64,000 nucleotides of DNA from Felis catus (Eukaryota), in the NCBI RefSeq assembly GCF_018350175.1, contig NC_058368.1, forward strand, positions 112,594,001 through 112,658,000, read 5' to 3'. Position 1 is the first letter of the stretch. Each line of letters starts with the position of its first letter. Positions 24,017-38,349 of this stretch are shown here, in pieces. A program made the position numbers and the translations under genes. The notes below the pieces were generated by a model, which was not told the DNA's origin, did no database searches, and saw only the letters and a program-made list of their open reading frames with translations.

Positions 24017-26549
24017 TAATTAAACATTTAAATATTTAAAATTAATTTTTAAAAATTAAAAAATTAAACATTTAAAATTCAACACCAGGGCACATGTTTG
24101 TTCTTATACGCTATCAGCCTCAGAAAGCACATTCTTCCTAAAATCTCCTCTTGAGTGTCTCTTCTCAGACCTCCCAGCCCCACGTGAATGGGGGGGGGGG
24201 GAAGGATGGTGTCCACTGTTAGAGGCAGCATCATCGGTTCCTGGCACTGGTCACAGAGCAGCTCACTTAAGCCTCGTGATCATCTTACTACCTCCATTTA
24301 CATATGGAAGCATGGGCACTCAGAGCCTTACCCTTTCTCAGTGGCGCCCTACCGGAAGGTGGGGTGCAGACCCATGCACATCTGAGGTCTCCAAAAGCAT
24401 GTACTTATAACTACCACGCTTTCCCACCCCCTGGCTCTGGATATCGAGGCCAGCCACATAGCTCACATCCTCTCAACTGGAGTTGAGTTACGAGAATAGG
24501 GAGTTTGGTGTGTCCGTATTATTCACATTTACCAGGCAACTGTCTAAGCCTCACCCTACAGCTCACTCAGGGTTGACATTCCATGTGTTTGGAGGGCATT
24601 GCGGGGAAGATCTGGCTTTTAGGACACTGATCTTTGACTCTTTAGAGACTATGAACTTATGAGAATACCCTAGCGTTTACAGTCAGATCCAAACATGTTT
24701 CACGGTCTATACTTCGTGGCTAGGTCCCCGCGTGAGGTTTACAACGTAGAATCCAATGAGAAAGCTGGGTTTGGGTTGGGTGGTTTAGAACACACCCGTG
24801 CATCTGGTAACATCCCAAGGGTTATAGGCAGTTCTTCTGGTGTGCATCTAGTTTTGAGGTACATGATGAGAAAGCACTTTCTTTTTTCTCTTTAACATTT
24901 CAGGTTTTCAACACTCACCCACAGTGGCCAGGATTAGCTAGATCTCAAAAAAATATCAGCGTTTCTTAAGGACTGGTATTTATTTGACAAGATGTACAAA
25001 AATACTAGTGTTTGTCCCTTGGGCTAAAAATCCAGTTCTGACTCGCATGAATTTTCAGCTCTCCTGTGTGTGAGTACGTGTGGGCGTACGTGTATGTGTG
25101 CGTCTAGCCAGCTGTTTGACTCATTCCCTATGCATCCCCGAGTGGGAAAACTGAAAATTGAAGTGGGTTTTTGTTGTCATCACTTGTTTCTGGTTTCTTT
25201 GAAAACTGTGAGGTTGGAATATTTAATTCATTTTACTTTTAATAGGAAGGAATTTAGTGAGGGGTTTGGAAGTAATGACTGGGTATCAGGCCATTCTTTT
25301 AGAGCCCCAGCTCCTGATGCTATTATGAGAAAGATGTTATTCTTCCTGTGAGATAAAGCATCCATTTTGTGTGGAAAAGATGGCACTCAGTGTGTGGGCA
25401 TGATTCCATGCAGGTATTGCCTTCGATTAAGAGGTAAGCTTTTGGCTATCACCCTAGTGGAAGGAAACAGTGGCAGAGAACCCGTGGATGAGCCCCAAAT
25501 CCCAAACTGGAAGGAGACGGCAGAATGTGATCTCTCTGACAGTTGTTCCCTTCCTAATCGGATCAGCAGAAAACCGGAGGGCACACTATCTCAGCAAGGG
25601 ACTGGGCAGGCAGGCATTGGTCCAGGATTTGTGCACTTACCATGAACGTCCTAAGAAACGGATAACATATGCAACTGGGAGATGCTTTACAGAAATTCAT
25701 CTTCCATTGCTTACCTCGGAAAACCCCGCAAACCTTTGGCTGACACAAATGAAGCAGGCAATTATAGAACATTCAGGGAAAGTCTTCTGAATTTTGATTA
25801 GGGAAACTGGCCTAGATTCAGCATGTATTTTTTTTTTTCTCATTTGCTTCTTCCTATGAATTTTGCCACTAAGCTCTGATTTATCCTTGATGCCTTCGCT
25901 TAGGCATTCTATGTAACAGAATAATCTGAAGGAGGCAGAGCTAGCCCGCTAAGTGGTATGTGTTCTAGTAAAAGAATATTTACAGATCCCTAAATCCAAT
26001 TCGTGGCTCAGCTCCTCCTCCATCAGATTCTACTCCTGCCCCCTTGGACTGCTGATCCTTTTGGTTATCTGGCTTCCAGACAATCTTCATACCTGTTTCA
26101 TTTCTATATTTTAAAGATTAGTCTCTGCATCGGAATCTGGCTATGACCCCAGCATGAAAGTGACCCCCTCCAGCGCATTAACATATGCACCTGACTGGGC
26201 AGGAAGGGGTCTTAGCCAAAGTATACGTTTTTAACAATCTCTCATAAACTCTTTAGGGAGTGTCCCTAGTCCTGTGTCCCCCTATTATGGGGAAAAATGG
26301 GTTGTCATAGCAAAGACCTCCTTTTAGGAAAAGCTGGGTCCATCAGCATGAATAATCCAAAATGGCTAGATTCATCCTTGGTATCTGTTGGGTCTTTCTT
26401 GTGTATTTACCCTTCTTGACATGAACTGGATTAACTGAATAGATTAATTTTCTTGTTGTTTTTCAGGAAGGACCTTAGGGGCTGAATTATGTGCAATTAG
26501 CTAAATGGTAGTCAGTACAATATTTTACCCATAGCTCAAGCCATATAAG

Positions 26550-27150
26550 TAAATTCTGAATGCAATCGAAGAGGTCAATGTTAAAAAATGACAAAATAAA
26601 AAAAAAGAATAAAATACTGTTATTTATATAATCTTGGGCTGGGAGACATTTCAGAAGATAGGGAAAGATGGAGAGATTTGACCCTGTAAAACTTTACATG
26701 TATACAACAAAGGCATAATAACGAACAATGAAATGCAAAAGACTAAGTGAGAAAAGAAATTTTATCTGTGATACGGTGACAGACACTGGATGTCTTTCTT
26801 ATATAAAGAGATCTTATAAATCAACAGGAAAATGGCAGACATCCTAGCAGGAAGCAAAAGGCGGGGGAAGAAACTTCTATGAAAACTTGATGCTTTTTAT
26901 GGTAAGTAGAGCTTCACAGTTAACTTGAAATGCTATGCTAGCGGCATCTTCTGGTTTAATATGTGGCAGGAAATAAATGAAACATGTCCTCATTGCCCCG
27001 AGTGGGAAAAGGCTGTGTTACTTTGACCTTGGAAACCTACCATAATATATTCTCAGAAGGCTGGCCTTGGAAAGGAGCCAGTAGTATATTACAAGTGTCA
27101 AGAGCGTGGGCACGGAAGCTGGCCTCAGTGTTTCATGAGGTTGTGATGCT
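26550..27150 (+). mobile_element. Ancient L1 (L1ME-like) ORF2/3' remnant
   Basis: A-rich, with motifs such as tatataaagagatcttataaatcaacagg and ttgccccgagtgggaaaagg that resemble decayed L1 ORF2. Confidence 0.5.
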
Positions 27151-27489
27151 CTCTGAGTTATGTATTAATTATTAGCCACAATTTTCAGGAGCTAGGGGAC
27201 CTAGGGCATGGGGCAGAAGGCCAGTCACTGTGGAGGTTGGGGGCTGTCTTTCAGGAAGATAGGGTCTTGGAACTGGCTTAGCTGATAATCGCCGTGAAGT
27301 CCCTTGTCTCACACAAAGCCCCTAGTGTCAACCAGCTGGTCTCAAGGCTAAATGTGAGGTTCCTTACTCCCAGAGATAGTGGTCATCGGTTCCACATCCT
27401 CTTCCAAACCACTCTGCCTGTCTACCGAGTTTGTCACAGATTCCTTCAACTGTGTCCATCACAAGAAGCTTCACAGACATAGCTGGAGG

Positions 27490-27710
27490 GGTAGTAAGTA
27501 AGAGCAGAGGTGCGTGGCTGGGTTCAAATCCCAGCTCCACCAGGTACTGGCTGTGTGAGTCCGGGCATGTTACAAAACCTCTCTGGGTCTCGCTTTGCTC
27601 ATCTGTGAAAGAGCACAGAGGTGCTCTATTAGTCAGTTGCCGTGAAGATTGACCGAACGTCCTTATGCAACGTACATAAAGCAAGTCCAAAAGATGGTAG
27701 CTGTTATTTT
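27490..27710 (+). mobile_element. MIR
   Basis: ctgggttcaaatcccagctccacc...ctggctgtgtga...tttgctcatctgtgaaa. Confidence 0.8.
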
Positions 27711-29084
27711 TGTTCGTTTATTTGCCAGATATCCACTGAACTCTGTGTGCCAGGCAGTGTACCCCAGACCTTGCTTCTGTCCTTGTGGAGGTCCCAGTCT
27801 AAAGCAACCCCAGCTAGGTGACAGAATGCTGCAAGGCTGTAGAAGGCACGCGTGCTCTGCTGGCCTGGCCTTACCCGGCATCACACCAACCCCTCCGGTG
27901 CTGCCACGCAGGGCTGAATGCAGCTAATAATTCAGGTGCTTATTGACCTCACTGAAAAAGCCCATCTTCCTTCCTACCTGCAAAGATCATCACAAACCCT
28001 TGATTTCATGCAAATCCTCTTTCTGACTTCTCCAGCCCAGGCTGTCTTGTGGCATTTGACTCTTGGCTTGTATTGGAAGGGACTGAAACGTTGAATCAAT
28101 AGGCCAGCCTAGCATAAGAAGTGCTCCTAATGAAGGAACAGAGGAAAAGCGCCTGTGAGTGATGTTGAATAGACTGTGATTCACCCCTGCTCCCACTGTG
28201 CGGGGGTGTGTGTTGGGGGAAGGCTGGGACTGATTTGTCAGGCAGAAGGCCGGGGCATGGTAATCAGTTCTCTCCCAGGTCTGTCTCGCCTGGATAATGG
28301 GGCTTTAATAACATGTTGCCCGAAGAGGCGGTTGTGTATGGGTTTCAGAGAACAAACTGATCAACAAGGCGAGGGTTTGGGGAGATTGTTAGGAAAATTG
28401 CCGCTTCTTCAGAATGTCATGATGCCCTCCCCACGGGCGGTGGAACTCTGCCCAGCACCCCCCCCCCCATTCCCCCAAACAGTTCAGTTCGGTGATCTAC
28501 CCAAAGCTGCACATAGCAGGCTAAAATTAAGCAGGAGACTAGCTCCCGAAAGGCTGCTTCTCAAGTTGGGAAGACAATAGCGGGGCCTGTGCTAGGGATC
28601 TGCTGAGGTAGAGATGATGCCTGCCTGCCATCCAGGCTGGGAGGATGGATGACAGAGCTTGGAGTATACAGAGACCCTGCACGAGCACTGGGTTTCTCTA
28701 ATGCCCGGTTGTGGGGACCCAGGGCTGCCAGGCCAGGCTCAAAGGTGAGCGGAGAGAGGCAGACACCCAAGGAAGTCTGAACTTTGCCCCTCATGTTCTG
28801 CAAGGTTGTGTCCCTGAATTACCTTTTGGTTTATCCTGGGTCCTAAATGAGAAGTTTGATTTAGAGTGTCCAGAAATAGATGAGGCTGGCCCCAGAATCA
28901 GTGCCAGGGAACGGGGGTCCACAAACCCTGTGCAGCCCGGACTTACTCATACTGGGGGCCTGGTTGCTCCTGGAGGGCAGAGCTGTGTCTTCTTCACCCT
29001 TAGAACTCCAGACCCTAGTATAGAATGTGGCGCACTGACCCCACTGTCAGGACAGGTAGGGCTCTGGGGAGGTAGTCAGAAGCA

Positions 29085-29310
29085 GTTTCTGAGTCAGGCA
29101 AACCTGACTTTGAATGTGAGCTTCTGGCCAAATAACAGCCTTTCTGGGCCACTGTTTTTCTAGCTGTAAAATGGGAAAACTCTACAGTTTCTCCTTCATA
29201 GGGCTGTTGTGAGGATTAGATGAATTAATTCAAATGCTTTGTGAAGCGCATTAAAATACTGCCTGGCAGGTAACAAATACGCGATGAATGTTACTGATCT
29301 TGTTATTATG
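29085..29310 (+). mobile_element. MIR
   Basis: ctgtaaaatgggaaaa...catagggctgttgtgaggattagatga. Confidence 0.75.
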
Positions 29311-29469
29311 TGTTTTTTCTTCCTTTCTTTACCTCATTAGGCTCCAGCATCAGGCTGAGAGTCTCGCACAGCCTACAATCAACTGTCCGCATAATCCTTT
29401 GAAAATAGCAGTGGGAACCTGCCCCTCCCCTTTAGTGGTTTTCCCTCAAAGGATCCATTCAGTCACTGA

Positions 29470-29950
29470 GGATGCCTCAAGGCCCCTCATAGTCTGACTC
29501 CCTGCGGGTTCCCTGACTGCAGCCAGAGTGTTCCCTCAGCCTGGAAGGCCCTTCCCCCTTCTCTATGAGTGGCCAGTGGCCGCCCCTCATTCTCCTCAGG
29601 CATCACGCTGTAAACTTGATTGTCAGGGGCTCAGACAGGGCCTGATGCCCTTGTTGAAGGAGGCCTCCCTAGCTTACTCTTGCGTGCAGTGTTTTTATTT
29701 CTTTCCTAGCCTTCCGCATTTACTCTATAATGATCTTCTTTATCTCTGTTTTAGTTTTTTAATTTTTTTTTTTTTTTTGCCTCTTGTCCTTCTTTTCCCG
29801 TCCATGGAGGAGTGTGACCTCCATGAGGGCAGGGCCTACTGATTTGCACACTGCTCTGTCATGGGTGCCCAGACATGTGCTCCCCCCCACCCCCCGCCCC
29901 GGCTCATAGGAGGGACTCAGTAAACACCTGTTGTCAATAAATGATTGAAT
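29470..29950 (+). mobile_element. L2 3'-end remnant
   Basis: ctccatgagggcagggcc...ctcagtaaacacctgttgtcaataaatgattgaatg. Confidence 0.65.
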
Positions 29951-32215
29951 GCGGGGAAACCGAGGCACGAGGTGACTTGGTCTTAGCCGGCCGGCTTCAG
30001 ACCCACCCAAGGAATAGCGCTTCTGATAGTATCTCTAGAGCCAACCATGGACAGCCGTTTCCTGTCACTCTGTCGCTTTGGGGAAGGGCAATTTGATCAT
30101 TCTTATTGCCACCCTAGGATCGAGTGTTAGTGAATAGAAAGGTAGGGCTCTCTCCACATTAACGTGGCGATGGTCAGTTTGAGAACAAGATGGGAGATGT
30201 GGAGCAGGGCCTGGAAATATGCTATGAAGCTGCCATGGAAGAGAGCACATCCTCTTTCTATCCTCAAGCTTTTCTTTCGCTCATGAACTTGTGGGCTCCC
30301 AGCCTGTTCCAGAAGCTTAAAGGTACCAACCAGGCTTTTAAAATGTCATGTCATGAATAAGCAGGAAGAGCGGGCTAAATGAACATCATATGAGAGTACA
30401 GTGCTGCCATCATGGGTGCACCCATGCTTCTGAACTGGTCCGGGAAAAGATCTATGTTTTTATCACTTCCTGGAGAATTATGCAAAGATGAGAACTTATA
30501 TTAGACTCAAACTACTTTTTTGAAACATAACGATCATTTCCAGATGCCCGGCCTCTCTGAGCCTGACCCGAACCCCATTCAGTGACCCCTGCTGCCTGCT
30601 TTGCCAAGTTTCAGAACCTTCCTACTATTTTTCCCCCATGACAGAGGCCATAATAAGCCCCCTTATTCCCCCAAACCCTTATGCCTAGCTTGAATTTCAA
30701 AGATGAAAGGCGAGATTATAGCTTTCAGAATATAGTAAACTATGACATAACACTTCTGTATGAGAGATGCCCAGATTTCACCACTGACCCGGAATCCTGG
30801 GAGAATGTGTCCCCTCTAAAGCCCAGCTGGCCGGTTCCGTTCCTGGTTCCCACCTACAGACACATTCATCGGGCTCTGCCAGAAGAGTGTGCATGGCAGC
30901 AGGCCACAGTCCGGCGATGCCACAACGTGGGCTTTCCCTGGTTTCTCTTACCTAGCGCTTGGTTATAGCGAGCCTTACTAGTGGGCAACAGCATCCAGCC
31001 TCTGCTGCCCCAGCAGGACCTCCTCTGCAGCCAGATCCTTCCTGGCCCAATGACCCTTTGCTGTCAGGAGGCCCTCCCCCCCTGGGGCTCATCACTGCTT
31101 TTTAGACATCTCGGGGCTTGTATGGCTCATCTGTCTCCCTTTGTTTTCTCTTCCTCGGGCCAGGGAAATCTCAGGCTCTTCTCTTCTGTTTACAAAGAAC
31201 AATATGGCATTTTTAGCTGAAGAGCCTACTTTGCTCCTTCGGCAAGCCTCTGCTTGGCCCCTGGCGCTGTGAGCATGGGGCCTTCCTTCTCAAGGCCCTA
31301 CACTTCCTCCAACCCCTTAGGACACAGACTTCCAGGCGTCTTCCTGGATCTGAGTGTTTGCCTTCGGCTCTGCTGGCTATGGTTCCCGGGGATGGTGGAA
31401 GCCCCCATCTCTCCCCTGAGCCACCAGGGCTCTTGCCTTTCTCTCCATCCTATGCTCCTCCAGATGGCCTCCCCCAAGTCCTTCTAGGGCCTTCCAACTG
31501 TCAAAACCCAAGGAACATCCTCCTTCCCTCAGAATCCCCATGTTCAGTCAGTCATCACATCTCCACTCCTGCCTCCCCAGGGTCCCTTTCCATCTCCTTT
31601 CTCCATCCCCCGGGCACTGCCCAGGTCAGGGTCCTGTCCTCTCTCCCATGGCTCCCTGCTGCAGCCACCTAATGGACCTAGTTCAGCTCTCCTGGGGGCT
31701 GCCCTTCTTTTAAGGTCCTTTGTCTCAGGACATCTCATTTTGTAAACATGCCCTCATTCCTGTGACCTGTCTTCCCAGCCAGTCGGCAAGTTCCTTGAGG
31801 GGAGGGGCTGTGGGTGTTTTCACTCATGATAAAATCTCGATCTTGGGGTTCCCGTCTCACCTCTTCCAAAGCACCTTTCAAACAGGTGCCCCAGCCTTTC
31901 CGGACTCGTAAAGTCCTTCATGACCTGGATGCTCCTGGATTATTTTATGTAATCTCTCATTTCCCCAAACTCCTGCTTATTGGAAGTTCTCCAAAAATTC
32001 TCTGCTCCTTTACTTTGAATGACTTCCTAGTCATCCTCCAAGATCCTTCAAGGCCACCCCCTCCATAAACATTTCCCTGACCCTGCTGGGCACAGTTCAG
32101 TGCTTCCTCCTCACCATGCTGCCCAAGTACCCTTTGATGTGGTGAAATAATGATGCTATTTTTTTTTTTTTAATTCCCCACTTGTTTATGAGCTCCTCAG
32201 GGACAGGAGGATAGT

Positions 32216-32384
32216 CTTTTTTTTTTTTTTTTAATGTTTGTCTAGAGAGTGTGAGCAGGGGAGGGGCAGAGAGAGAGAGATGGAGAGAGAGAGGATCCCA
32301 AGCAGGCTATGTGCCACCCGTGCAGAGCCCAATGCAGGGCTTGATCTCACACCGTGAGATCATGACCTGAGCTGAAATCAAGAG
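32216..32384 (-). mobile_element. 5'-truncated Can-SINE
   Basis: Poly-T, GA tract and cgtgagatcatgacctgagctgaaatcaagag. Confidence 0.88.
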
Positions 32385-33290
32385 ATATTTAGAAATAAGG
32401 TATGTAGAGCTCTCAGGTTCTCAACAATAGGTACGTCTGAATCCAGTAGGATCTTCTGTAGAGTTTAGTGCCACAGGAAAGTCACCCAACTTTTACAGAG
32501 ACTCACCCTTGACTTTGGAGCTGTGGTGTGGGGGTGGGGATCCCACTCTTGGGAATTTCACGTCAAGGATAGGAGTCAGGCAGACTCCTATCCTTGGGTA
32601 GTAGTGTCTGTGTCAGTCCAGTCTTGTGAGGATTAAGTGAGAGTGTAGATCATGTGTGTGTCGCGAATTGTTCAGCAACAGGGTGACACAGCACTTCTGG
32701 GGTGCGGTGGGCTATGTGGGGCAGAGTCTTGAGGAGCTTCTGCCCCAGCCCCAGTGCCCCTCCAGGAAGGAGGACCTGGCTATTCTGTGGCCCCATGGGG
32801 CTGGGGGAGCTGAATCAGCACCTCCTGCCCCTGGTGGCCATATGAATCTCTCCCTTTATAGTATGTGGAAATTTTCCATAACCGTCATGGAAAACAGAAG
32901 CTTCTGATTTTGCCTACACTGCTGAAACTCCTTCCATGAAAATGAGTCCTGGGGAGACAGAATAACCTTAGGAGAGGTATTATTTTTGGCTAGAAAAGTC
33001 TCAACCCACCTGGGCTATGAAGCTGACTACACAACAGCCTGGTAAAAAAAGATAGGCTGGCTCATTTTCTGGGGGGAGGCAGGCCCCACATTTAATGTCC
33101 AATCAGAACTAATTAGGGGAGGCCAAGTTCATCCAAAGGGGAGAGTAGGAGCCCATTGTGAGTCATGAGTTGTGTCAGGGAGCCCTTCACTTCCCTGCTC
33201 TGGGCCACCTCTTTGCCCCCCATTGCTCCTGTTCTTCTCTGTGTCCCTGTCCTGCTATGGTCACAATCAGAGTACAAGGAAACCTACCTT

Positions 33291-33496
33291 TTTTTTAAAA
33301 AAATATTTATTTTTGAGAGAAAGAGAGAGAGAGCATGGGGGAGGGGCAGAAAGGGGGGAGGAGAGACAGAGGATACAAAGAAATGGGCTCTGCGCTGACA
33401 GCAGACAGCCTGACATGGGGCTCGAACTCACAAACCAGATGATCATGACCTGAGCTGAAGTTGGACACTTAACCAACTAAGACGTCTAAGTGACCC
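33291..33496 (-). mobile_element. Can-SINE
   Basis: Typical body ggggctcgaactcacaaac...gatcatgacctgagctgaagttggacacttaacc. Degenerate TSD. Confidence 0.9.
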
Positions 33497-34305
33497 AAGC
33501 CAACCCTTTTTGTAGGCATTCTTGCCTAGCTGTGTTTCATCAGCGGGCCCAGGGCTTTTGGTCTCTCTAACACTGTAACCAGAGTGCTGGAACCCCATGG
33601 TTTCCATACAGTCTGTAAGTTGAAAATCTCAAAACAACCCCCTCAAAAGGCAGATCTTCTTTGCCTGCTGACTTCCACGATAAAGTTAAAGATGTGTTCG
33701 TAATAAGAACAAAATTCCTAACAGAATCAGCAACTTTTCTTAAAGACTTGCTTAAAGAAGAGCACTCTCTGGCGACTTTTTCAACTTTGTCTCTACTTCC
33801 TGACCCCTGTCTTGGAATACTTTGATTTTGTACTCTGAGAGCATAAAACTTGTCTGAGCGCTGTCTCTTCCTCCCCTTCGGTCATTCACAGTTTCTCATA
33901 GGAGCGGCTTAGAGATAATGAGCTGCCAGCAGGTGCACTATCTGTCATGCACAGACAGGCCCAGCTCACCAGCCAATGACCCATGCCCTCACCTCCCTGC
34001 TCCCCTTCAGCCGGCGCCCCGACACAGAAGCGACTGAGAAAAATAACCCAGCCCTTTGAGAGTGCCCTGGGTTCTGAACTGGACGGAGGCTGACACGTTG
34101 CGAAGCGTTCATAGGATCGGATTCCGGAGCTGACGGGATTTGGCTACCTATTCTGACTCGTACTTACAAAAACAAATCCCACTTGCAGAGCCTGAGAGTC
34201 TACCAATGAGACATTTACTGAGGTGAACAAGCCCTTTGCTTTTGAAATACACACCGCTGAGAGCGGCCTCTTTGTCCCCATCTGAGTAATGAGGTTGGAT
34301 AGCGT

Positions 34306-34483
34306 CAGCGTTTGTCACCCTGTAGCCCTCGGACCACCTTCACAGAGCCCCCCACTGGCTTGTGAATCCAGACTTCTGGGCCCTACCCTGGAACTTTTGT
34401 GATTAGAGTCTCTAGGGGGTGGGACCTCGGAAGTCCTCAGTTCAGCCGTTTCCCTAGATGGTTATGTGGTTTGAGAACCACTG
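34306..34483. mobile_element. MER5-like hAT MITE
   Basis: Ends cagcgtttgtca... and ...tttgagaaccactg. Internal tctgggccctaccc / tctagggggtggg symmetry. Confidence 0.6.
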
Positions 34484-37400
34484 ATCTCACTTAAGACTGT
34501 TCCTACTGTGCATTTATTCATACCTGAGCAGAAATAGTTCAGTCTGTCTATTTTCTTCTAACCCCCTCACCGAGGTCTGCTGGATGGATGGAACGGGAAT
34601 TTGGGGTAGGGAGGGAAGAACTGGAACACTTGGGGGGTGTTCAGGTCTGGGCTGAGGCCTGAGGGTCTGCAATTGGCTCTGAAACCTTTGCTCTCTTTCC
34701 TTTTGTTCCCAGCCCTGTCACTTGGGACAGGCTGTAACTTGGTGAGATGCAGGGGGGGCTGGCTATTGTGATCTAAACTGGGACTGCACCCCTAGGGTGA
34801 GCAGGGCTCTGAAGGGGCAGCTGTCTCTTGGTGCCTCATAGCTGACTTCCAAAGTGGGCTCTGAGCAGCTTTTAGGAACCCCAGCTGTCCTTGAACATGG
34901 CAGGTGTGGGGCTGGGGGACCAGCGAAGGGAGGGGTGATGCCTGCAGTGTGTTCCAGCCCAGATTTCCTTTCTGGAGGATTGAGTCTTCTGACTCTTTAG
35001 AAGCAGATGAGGGGACCCATCTTACCCTACAAGCTCCAAATTCTACAGGAGAGAAGCCCCCAGCCTGTGGGAGGTCTAGAGGGAAGATCTGGAGCTAGGC
35101 AGGGTGGCCTGGGGACAGGCACACATTCACCTGAGAGGGGGTCATTCAACTTTACCACCAGCATAGTTGGTACACAGTTCTGAGTCCCTGAAAGTGCACA
35201 TCTCATTTATCCTAACGTGGCTTTTTGCTTATCAAAGATCTCTTAGGGCAACCACCCTAGAGAGCAGTCAAAGGGTGAAAGATGACATTTATAAAAATCC
35301 ATTCTTTCTTCTCCACTTCACCGCTCTATTGACTGTTTCCTGTTCAATCACATGCCCTCACAGCTGCACATCCCATTTTAGGAACTGCCAAGGCCATAAA
35401 TTCCCTGTCCTTTCTCCACTGTGCTTGCCTCTGCCACACCTTTTCTTCCCTTCCCCATCCTGGAGGGCCTGGGTCCTCTTCGGTTGGATCTCTCGTGTCT
35501 GGAAGGTCTCCATTCGCTTCCCAGGACATGGAACAAGCCGACCGCATTGCCCCTTTCTTCTGCTTTCATCTTTTCCCATGACTTTCCTGATTCCCACTGA
35601 TTCCTTCTAGAGATTAGCGGTGGTGCGTCTAGCTGGGAATTGTGGCCAGGTGAGCCCTGCTCTTAGGTCTGACCTTTTTCATTTTCTCCTGTGTCCTGGC
35701 ACTGACCTTCTGAGCAACTGTGGGCCAGTAGTACAGGCTCCTTGTGAGGAACAGGGAGAGGGCTTGCACAGAATACCCAGGGTCCTTTCTGGGAAAAGGA
35801 ACAGAAGTTCACATGGTCAGATCCCCAGTCTTTGGATAACTCTACTGCCTAGAACCTGGCTTTGTTTCCCCTGTTCACTCCGTCATTCTGGTTCACAAAG
35901 AATTTAGTGAGCCATACCGCGTGCACGAGGCATTGTGCTAGACTGGAAACACAGGAGGGACCCCGAGGCCCGACCAAAGAGCGTTAAGAGCCTTTGTTCA
36001 CTGGTGGACATCGTGACTGTTGTTCAATAACCCCCACATCCCATGCTGAGTGGGTACATCTAGCGGATCTAGAGCGAACTTGCCTTTGGGTGATTCAAGC
36101 TTATTTCGTTCCTGCAACAGCTAATCACTGAGTATTGGAGTCATATAAAGTAGTCCGGCTGATTCAATAATATACTTGGCCTCATTTGCACAACAGTTTG
36201 TAAACGAGGCTGCTGCTCAGAAAGGGTCCTGTCGAGCCAAATCAGTACCCAGGTGTCTGCTCTTGCAGTGAACCCTCCCCCGCTTCCTTATTCCCCACTG
36301 CCATTCACTGGAGCTCCCTTGTACACCGTGCCCTGCATTTGATACTGTTGATACCAATCCTGTGAGGTTGGTCATCTTGGTCTTCTTACTTCAGACCTGG
36401 GGACACTGAGGCCCAGGGGATTTAAGCACTTGCCCAAGGCCATGCAGCCGGCTTCTCCTCTGGGAAGAGGAGAGCTCAGTCTGAAACCTGGTCTGTCTGA
36501 GCCTTGGGCTGCTGTGGGCTGAGGGCAGAGTCAAGCATCTCTCTGGTGCGTTTCTCAGCCCTGGGCTAGGCACCTGCTCTTTGTAAACACAAACTACTCT
36601 GTGCCAGAGAGTAACCGCTTCTGTGGCTCAGCAGCACCAGGGTCCCGCCCTTCTAGGTAGGTCCTGTGGGCCGGGCAGCCGAGTCCATGATTCTGAGCTC
36701 AGGGGTACAGTGTGCTCGTTGTTCTTGGTTTGGGTTCTCGGCGCTAAGTGTCTTCCCCTGATAGGTGATTTCTCCAGGAGAAGGGCTGCAAGCTGGGAAT
36801 TGCTCAGGGAACCTCAGTGGCTGGGCTCAGCCATTTTTACTGGCCGGGAAACAAATTCTGGGCCACTTAGGATTCCTGGGGACCCATGTCAGGAAGTGCT
36901 GGCCCTGCAGGTCCCAGCTGCTGTGCTTCTGCCTGGAGATCTGACTGTCCTTCCTTCAAGATTCTGGGTGGGGGCTTGAAGAAGCAGGGGGAAGTTCTGA
37001 GCCTGGGCGGGCCAAGGAGAAGACCTAGACCAGTAATACTTGTGTGCTGTGGGCCCTTTACACAACCACTTCAGGTATTCCTAAAGGGATTTATGAACAA
37101 GGCAGAGCGTCATTTCCATTTTCCAGGTGAGGACACAGAGGCATGGATAAATCGAGTGACCTGGCATATGGCCATCAGCTAGTAAACGCCCTTGTCACGT
37201 TGTAAACTCAGGTCTCCTTGAGTCTTCCACTAGACCACTGCTCATGCTACCGATGGCCCTCCAGGAGACTGCCTGGCATCGCCCGCAGAGGGGAAGAGCC
37301 CTGGGTCTGCGTGGACACAGGCTCCGTGAGCTCCAACACCACCTCCACGCAGGAGGCCACGGCACTATCTTGCTCTGCGGGCAGCAGCCACTACTGGACC

Positions 37401-38349
37401 CTAACGTCAGTCGACCTGACAGCACCTTGCCTCTGCTTGTACCCATGCCTCTTGCCTCCCTGTCTGGGCCTTCCCAGCTGCTGCTGGTGCACACGATGTC
37501 GCCGGACTTGTTCAGTGTCCATGCACTGTCACTGGTTCACCCGGCCAGGTGCAGAGGGCAGCTGAGCGTACCGACACGCAGACCTATCTCTCATGCTTTG
37601 TGGATGTGGCTCCCCCAGGGCTGTCTTCACGGTGCTAGGTGAGTTCGTGTCCTCTGGAGTGAATCTTTTTGTTTTCGAATGTGACTAATGGAAGATAGCA
37701 GATGGAAAGGCTGTGGCTGATCAACTGGCTATTTCTCATCCTGATGGGCTATTCTGAGATGTGGTATTTCCATATAATCTTCCCAGAGAGTATGTCGTGA
37801 CCATGCTGTACGTTGTGATAGATGGTGGCTAGGTCAGCACCCTGTATCTGCTCTCCTTCCCACCCCCCACTTTCCTCTTTCCTTCAGTCTTATTTTGTTT
37901 GGCTTGCGACTGCCTTTCTCCAGTAAAGCGCTGGCATGCAACGTTGGCCCTGGGCTCTGTTTTTTAGGCAACACAGGCAAATACAAGAACGGTAGTAATA
38001 GTCCTTGCTTTCATGTATTGAGAATAAGCTGTATCTTTGCAATGAATCTTCAGACTAGCCCTATTAAGCAGCTATTATTTTTATCCTCATTTTAAAGAAG
38101 AGAAAACTAAAGGTGAGAGAAGTTGAGGAACGTAAGTGGCAAAAATGAAGGTCTAATACAGAGTAAAAACTGGATTCTTTCAACTCCAGAACCTGAACTC
38201 TAAGCTGCCCTTGGATCAAGTTGCTGTTAATTTGTAGAAACACTAAGGAAACACGAGTCTGTGCCAGGGACCACCTGAAAGAGACTCCTAAAGATTCCTG
38301 GGGTGGGGGGGGCAGGGAGACCCTCCGAGGAGAGCCCTGGGTTACTCAC

